DNA of 63,994 nt, counting the filler, from Archaeoglobus sp. JdFR-37 (GTDB lineage: Archaea > Halobacteriota > Archaeoglobi > Archaeoglobales > Archaeoglobaceae), in NCBI GenBank assembly GCA_002010215.1. It is 4 parts of 4 records of this genome, joined end to end, with 100 filler letters (N's around TTAATTAATTAA, not from the genome) between each part and the next. Parts side by side here need not be neighbours in the genome. Positions count along the whole stretch, not along the records: positions 44,071 to 59,962 come from MTMY01000020.1; positions 60,063 to 63,994 come from MTMY01000035.1; 2 more parts are not named here. One strand, 5' to 3'. The notes beneath the pieces are model-generated. The model did not search any database, had not been told where the DNA came from, and saw only the letters and a list, made by a program, of their open reading frames with translations. The position numbers and the translations under genes are program-made. Below, piece after piece: positions 59,341 to 63,994 of this stretch. Position 1 is the first letter of the stretch; the number at the start of each line of letters is the position of its first letter.

Positions 59341-59962
59341 GACCCCCTGCGAAGCGTAACGATTAGAGCCCACATTCACTCCACTCTCAAGATATATATT
59401 TATGATAATGCAGATCATAGATTGAATAAATATATCACAAAACTCCTCACAGGTGAGTAAATGCTGATCAGCTATAAATTCTGCATTTATCCCTCCCAAA
59501 CAGTTCAAAATATTCTGGAAGAGCAGCTTGAGCTGTGTCGCTGGCTCTACAATCGCTTGCTCTCGAAGGTGAACAGAGCTGGGAAAGTGAAAAGATGTTA
59601 AAGATGTGGTATAGAACGGAAAATCAACAACCCTCAATCGGGCACATTCACGATTCCTCCTGGTCAAAATTCGTGAAGCTACTGTGCGAGAAGGCTGAAA
59701 GAGCTGCTCGCACAGCAGTTAAGGTTGACCCTGCAAACACTTCAAAGAGATGTGCTAAATGTGGCTATATTGTCAAAGAACTGAATCTGACTGATCGAAC
59801 GTTCACCTCCCCAGAATGCGGATGGGAGGCGGACAGAGACTACAACGCCTCCCTCAACATTCTGGATGTGGGGCTGGGACGGTCTCTGACTGTGGAGGGA
59901 GAACCTCTACCCCTCGTGATCTCGTGTAGAGAAGTGATCGAGGGGCAAGTTCTCTCGCTGAA
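59341..59962 (+). mobile_element. tnpB: Internally deleted IS200/IS605-family tnpB element retaining the 3' omega-RNA region
   Basis: 59461-59601 MLISYKFCIYP...LELCRWLYN (TnpB N-terminus); other frame IHDSSWSKF...VDPANTSKRCAKCG...DRDYNASLNI (C-terminus); the middle is missing. Confidence 0.85.
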
Positions 59963-60062
59963 NNNNNNNNNNNNNNNNNNNNNNNNNNNNNNNNNNNNNN
60001 NNNNNNTTAATTAATTAANNNNNNNNNNNNNNNNNNNNNNNNNNNNNNNNNNNNNNNNNNNN
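59963..60062. other. Artificial contig linker
   Basis: N-run with central TTAATTAATTAA. Confidence 0.98.
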
Positions 60063-60278
60063 TACTTGAAATCCCCAGCTGCGATTTGTAAGCAAACCAA
60101 ATCCTCCAGTTATCAAAAGAGTTGCCGTCAGAAATTCTGCGAATATGTGGAATGAAGTGGAAAGCGGTTCGGTTTCCAGTTCAGGCACCTGACCACTTAC
60201 AAGCAACTTCATCCACATCCCGAGCATTGCGATCCCGATGAACACGGAATAATAAATTGCTGCTTTTCTGGTTTTCAT
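60063..60278 (-). CDS. Membrane protein of unknown function, truncated at contig end
   Basis: GGAGGT RBS; two hydrophobic helices, FHIFAEF motif. Confidence 0.7.
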
Positions 60279-60518
60279 TACCTTACCTCCAATTAGTTTC
60301 ACTTATCAGTGGCTGTATTCTGTTCAATCATCAAGTTCATTCATATCAAGACACTTGCTGCTTGTCAGAATTCTTCAGCTTGCAAGATGGATTGCGTCAA
60401 AGCTAAACTATTTCTCTTTTTCTGCAAAGAGTGAGTTGCGCTCTAGTCTACTATTACCCATGCCTAGTATTTAAATGAGATATTACATAAAAATTTTTTA
60501 AATTAAAATAAATAATCT

Positions 60519-61007
60519 CTAAACAATTATTGTACGTCGATGGTCTTTATGGGTCCTTGATGCTATAAATGTCTGGATGTGGTTTATATTAATTTCATTT
60601 TTTCTGAGCCATTTCATAAAAAGTCTCCTCTGTTGTCTATATTCTTCAATGTCCTTATACCTAACAATAAAACCTAGGTCGTAGGGTGAACCCACTATCT
60701 CAAAAACGTTCTCTACAAAATCGAGTTTTTTAAGATGGTTAATCAACAAATCGATTTTGTCCTTAGAATCCATAGCTAAGTCTAAAAAAGTAACATCAAG
60801 CAAACTCAATCCTAATTTTTGATAATTAGCAACCCAATATCCTTCTTTAAGTTTGATCAAGTAATTTTCATCTTCTAAAACCTTCATTCTGTTTTGTACA
60901 GTTCTTAGAGTTATACCAAGTATTTTTGCAATTTCGCTTTGAGTTTTTCCTTTAAGAATATATTCAATAATCTTCTTATCAACTTCATCAAGTTCTCCCC
61001 TTCGCAT
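60519..61007 (-). CDS. Lrp/AsnC-family transcriptional regulator
   Basis: LDEVDKKII...QSEIAKILGITLRTVQNRM HTH; YQKLG; GSPYDL; AT-rich. Confidence 0.88.
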   Translation of the reverse strand: MRRGELDEVDKKIIEYILKGKTQSEIAKILGITLRTVQNRMKVLEDENYLIKLKEGYWVANYQKLGLSLLDVTFLDLAMDSKDKIDLLINHLKKLDFVENVFEIVGSPYDLGFIVRYKDIEEYRQQRRLFMKWLRKNEININHIQTFIASRTHKDHRRTIIV

Positions 61008-61391
61008 AATGTGAAAAATCTTTTGAAGTTTATCTAATTTTCGGTTTTGTTTTTTGACGCCTTTTAGAACCCAAAAAACTAGCACGACACCTTTATTGGA
61101 AAAAAGATAAACTGAGAGTTTTTGTACTTTTGAATGCAATCACTCAGTATCTCTAGCTCGATATCAATACATATTTCAAAAGATTTTTTCCAATGACGAT
61201 TAGGTTTTTTCTTGGAGATGATTAGGTATCATGTTTCATCTACTAAATTTTACGGAAAAATTGGAGAGTTCAGTCACATATGGCTATTTATCTGACTAAG
61301 ATTCTAAACCCTCTTGCCAGTTAACTTTCGCATTTTAATAATATTATCGGCCATCGAAATCGTTAAATATGAAATAATCATGGTTAATATT

Positions 61392-63050
61392 ATGAAAATT
61401 GTGAGGCCTTGGCTGAAGTTCTGGCCAAAAATGCTGACTAAGGAGCTGGATTACCCCAAGGTGCCTCTATTCGAGTTTCTTGAAACCTCTGCAAGAAGAT
61501 ATCCTGACAAGGCTGCCATAATTTACTACGGAAGGAAAATAAGCTACTCAGAGCTCTGGGATGTCGTAGAAAGATTTGCCACATATCTTGCATCAAAAGG
61601 TATCCAGAAGGGAGATAGAGTGGCAATATACATGCAGAATTCCCCACACTTCGTGATTGCCTATTTTGGTATACTGAGAGGGAATGCGGTTGTTGTTCCC
61701 GTAAACCCGATGTTAGTTGAAAGAGAACTGGAGTACATTTTATCAGATTCGGGCTGCAAAATAGTTGTTACAACTTCTGAGCTATATCAGAGAATTGCTC
61801 CAGTTGCAGAAAAGCTTGGTAAAGAGGTAATTTGCGGTCATCATTCGGATTATATACCTGATGAGCCGGAATTGCCTGTTCCAGAATTTGCTAAGAGTAA
61901 AATAGATACTGGAGATGCCACATCATGGGAAGAGGCTTTGAAAGAGAGAAATCCGCCTGAAGTTGCTATTAGCTGTGAGGATTTGGCCTTAATTCCCTAT
62001 ACTGCCGGTACGACTGGGACGCCTAAAGGATGCATGCATACTCACTCCACAGCAATTGCCAACGTCTTGAGCTCAGCTCACTGGTGGAACCTTACACCCG
62101 CTGCTGCCTGTCTTGCAACGCTTCCGTATTTCCACGTGACGGGCATGATCCACTCAATGCTTGCCCCGATTTACGTTGGAGCAACAATAGTGTTGCTCTC
62201 GAGATGGGATAGAAACACTGCTGTACAAGCAATCGAAAAGTATCGCTGTACGCACTGGGTAAATATAACTACAATGGTTGTTGATTTGCTTGCAGATCCG
62301 GAAATATCAAAGAGAGATTTGAGCTCGCTCATAGCTGTGGGCGGTGGCGGCGCTCCGATGCCAAAAGCAGTTGCGGAAAAGCTTTTGCAGTTGACTGGTC
62401 TTGAGTACATTGAAGGATACGGACTCACCGAGACTATATCCCAGACACATATGAACCCGCCTGATAATCCCAAGCTCCAGTGTTTAGGTATACCGGATTT
62501 CGGTGTTGATGCTCTTATAATCGATGTTGAAACTGGGAAAGTTCTGCCTCCAAATGAGCAGGGCGAACTCGTTGTGAGCGGACCGGAAATATTTAAAGGA
62601 TACTGGAACAAACCAGAGGAAACCGAGAAAGCTTTCATCGAAATCAATGGTGAAAGGTACTTCAGAACCGGTGACCTTTGCTATATGGACGAAGATGGCT
62701 ACTTTTTCATCGTAGACAGAATAAAGAGGATGATAAACAGAGCTGGGTTCAAAGTCTGGCCTGCAGAGGTCGAAGCAGTCTTGTACAAGCATCCAGCGAT
62801 TAAAGAGGTCTGTGTTATAGGTGTTCCGGATAGCAGGGTTGTTGAGGAGGTAAAGGCGTTTGTTGTACTAAAACCCGAGTATGAGGGGAAAGTTACCGAG
62901 CAGGAAATAATTTCCTGGGCTAAAGAGCAGATGGCTGCCTACAAGTATCCTCGTATAATTGAGTTCGTTAAGGAGCTTCCAAAAAGCGGGGCGGGTAAGA
63001 TTCTCTGGAGAGTTCTCCAAGAGAGGGAGAAGCGGAAAGGGGGTGAGTGA
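61392..63050 (+). CDS. Long-chain fatty acid-CoA ligase
   Basis: YTAGTTGTPKG, YGLTE, RTGDL, PKSGAGK. Confidence 0.92.
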   Translation: MKIVRPWLKFWPKMLTKELDYPKVPLFEFLETSARRYPDKAAIIYYGRKISYSELWDVVERFATYLASKGIQKGDRVAIYMQNSPHFVIAYFGILRGNAVVVPVNPMLVERELEYILSDSGCKIVVTTSELYQRIAPVAEKLGKEVICGHHSDYIPDEPELPVPEFAKSKIDTGDATSWEEALKERNPPEVAISCEDLALIPYTAGTTGTPKGCMHTHSTAIANVLSSAHWWNLTPAAACLATLPYFHVTGMIHSMLAPIYVGATIVLLSRWDRNTAVQAIEKYRCTHWVNITTMVVDLLADPEISKRDLSSLIAVGGGGAPMPKAVAEKLLQLTGLEYIEGYGLTETISQTHMNPPDNPKLQCLGIPDFGVDALIIDVETGKVLPPNEQGELVVSGPEIFKGYWNKPEETEKAFIEINGERYFRTGDLCYMDEDGYFFIVDRIKRMINRAGFKVWPAEVEAVLYKHPAIKEVCVIGVPDSRVVEEVKAFVVLKPEYEGKVTEQEIISWAKEQMAAYKYPRIIEFVKELPKSGAGKILWRVLQEREKRKGGE

Positions 63051-63838
63051 AAATGTATGTGATTAAGCCACTAAAGCAAGCTGAAATAACGGCTCCTCTG
63101 GGAGTCGTACATATGCTTGGAGATATGACGAGGTTAATTGGTGGGCCAGTCTATGTCTGGTATCTAGAAGGTGAGAAAAAGGTTTTGATAGATGCAGGAA
63201 TTGAAGAGCCGGTTAATGGCTTGGTACACAACTTTCCAGTCTCTGGAGGTGGAGAGAAGGGCCTAAGGGATGCGCTCAACCAAGTGAATGTAAAGCCTGA
63301 GGAGATCGATATTCTGATTCTCACCCATCTGCATTTCGACCATGTAGCCAACGCCGGGCTCTTCCATAACGCCAGAATTTACGTGCAGAAGCGTGAGTGG
63401 GAGAGCGCATTCAACCCGCCACCGCACTACAGACTCACTTACGACCAGAAGCTCTTCCAGCCTCTTGAGAATATGGACATTTGCTTGGTAGATGGAGATG
63501 CTGAGATTGGTGATGGATTAAAGCTGGTACTGTTACCGGGTCACACAAAGGGTTTACAGGGGGTGGCTGTTGAGACTGAAAAGGGAACATATCTAATTGC
63601 TGGGGATCACTTCTATACGTATCTCAATCTAAATCCACCAAAGGAACCAATTGAAATCGAAGATGTAACAGGAAACAAGATTCAGATTCAGCCAATTCCT
63701 TTGCCATTTGCTCCTGTCGGATTGCATGTTGATTTGAGTGAGTGGTACGATAGCAGCTATAAGGCACTTTCGATTGCAAGAAGGGCAAACATCTTGCCAG
63801 GACATGAGCCTTCTATCGCAGGTAAGAGCTTTCCATGA
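63047..63838 (+). CDS. N-acyl homoserine lactonase-family metallo-beta-lactamase
   Basis: THLHFDH, PGHTKG, AGD, PGHE. Confidence 0.85.
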   Translation: MKMYVIKPLKQAEITAPLGVVHMLGDMTRLIGGPVYVWYLEGEKKVLIDAGIEEPVNGLVHNFPVSGGGEKGLRDALNQVNVKPEEIDILILTHLHFDHVANAGLFHNARIYVQKREWESAFNPPPHYRLTYDQKLFQPLENMDICLVDGDAEIGDGLKLVLLPGHTKGLQGVAVETEKGTYLIAGDHFYTYLNLNPPKEPIEIEDVTGNKIQIQPIPLPFAPVGLHVDLSEWYDSSYKALSIARRANILPGHEPSIAGKSFP

Positions 63839-63904
63839 ATTGTTACTTTAATTTTTTATATTTAAAAATACTTGACATTATTGGTCATATCTTGAGGTGA
63901 ATAT

Positions 63905-63994
63905 ATGCAATTCGGAACAGTTGCCCCAACATTCCCGCCAATCGAAGAAGCCAGAAAGACTGCCAAAAGATTAGAAGAGAAGGGATACAGCTCT
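63905..63994 (+). CDS. Start of a probable LLM-class oxidoreductase (runs off window end)
   Basis: GAGGTGA RBS; MQFGTVAPTFPPIEEARKTAKRLEEKGYSS resembles the N-terminus of 8265-9302. Confidence 0.6.
   Translation, partial: MQFGTVAPTFPPIEEARKTAKRLEEKGYSS

Noticed and set aside
114..63351. Many antisense and alternate-frame ORFs in the track (e.g. 5429-5992, 32225-32887, 56666-57286)
   Set aside because: They lie inside well-supported genes and show no recognisable motifs.

Overview
About 64 kb from an anaerobic euryarchaeon, most likely Archaeoglobales (inferred from gene content: TFS, RFC small subunit, NMD3, Taw2/Trm5, HdrBC, F420-type LLM enzymes, AOR, archaeal tRNAs). The window is four contigs joined by 100-bp N/TTAATTAATTAA linkers (22352-22451, 43971-44070, 59963-60062), so adjacency across a linker means nothing. 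Contig 1 carries an acyl-CoA catabolic island (thioesterase, ADP-forming acyl-CoA synthetases, 4-hydroxybutyryl-CoA dehydratase, LLM oxidoreductase, two PaaK-like ligases, Liv-type ABC transporter, AOR). It ends in the two most interesting items. First, a 63-aa peptide gene followed by an EpeE/YydG-like twitch radical SAM gene, with its own promoter, RBS and intergenic hairpin: a candidate archaeal RiPP system. Second, a virus/plasmid-like remnant with ten palindromic TGTG-NN-CACA boxes. Contig 2 has two VapBC pairs, LutABC-like genes, a second Liv transporter, and Rieske/cytochrome b6-type genes next to a tetraheme cytochrome c/NrfC/NrfD module. Contig 3 is mostly housekeeping, with an intron-containing tRNA-Asp, tRNA-Gly, integrase and IS481 relics, and an internally deleted TnpB element. 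Contig 4 has an Lrp regulator and a CoA ligase-lactonase-LLM operon. All family calls come from motif recognition by eye; no database search was run.
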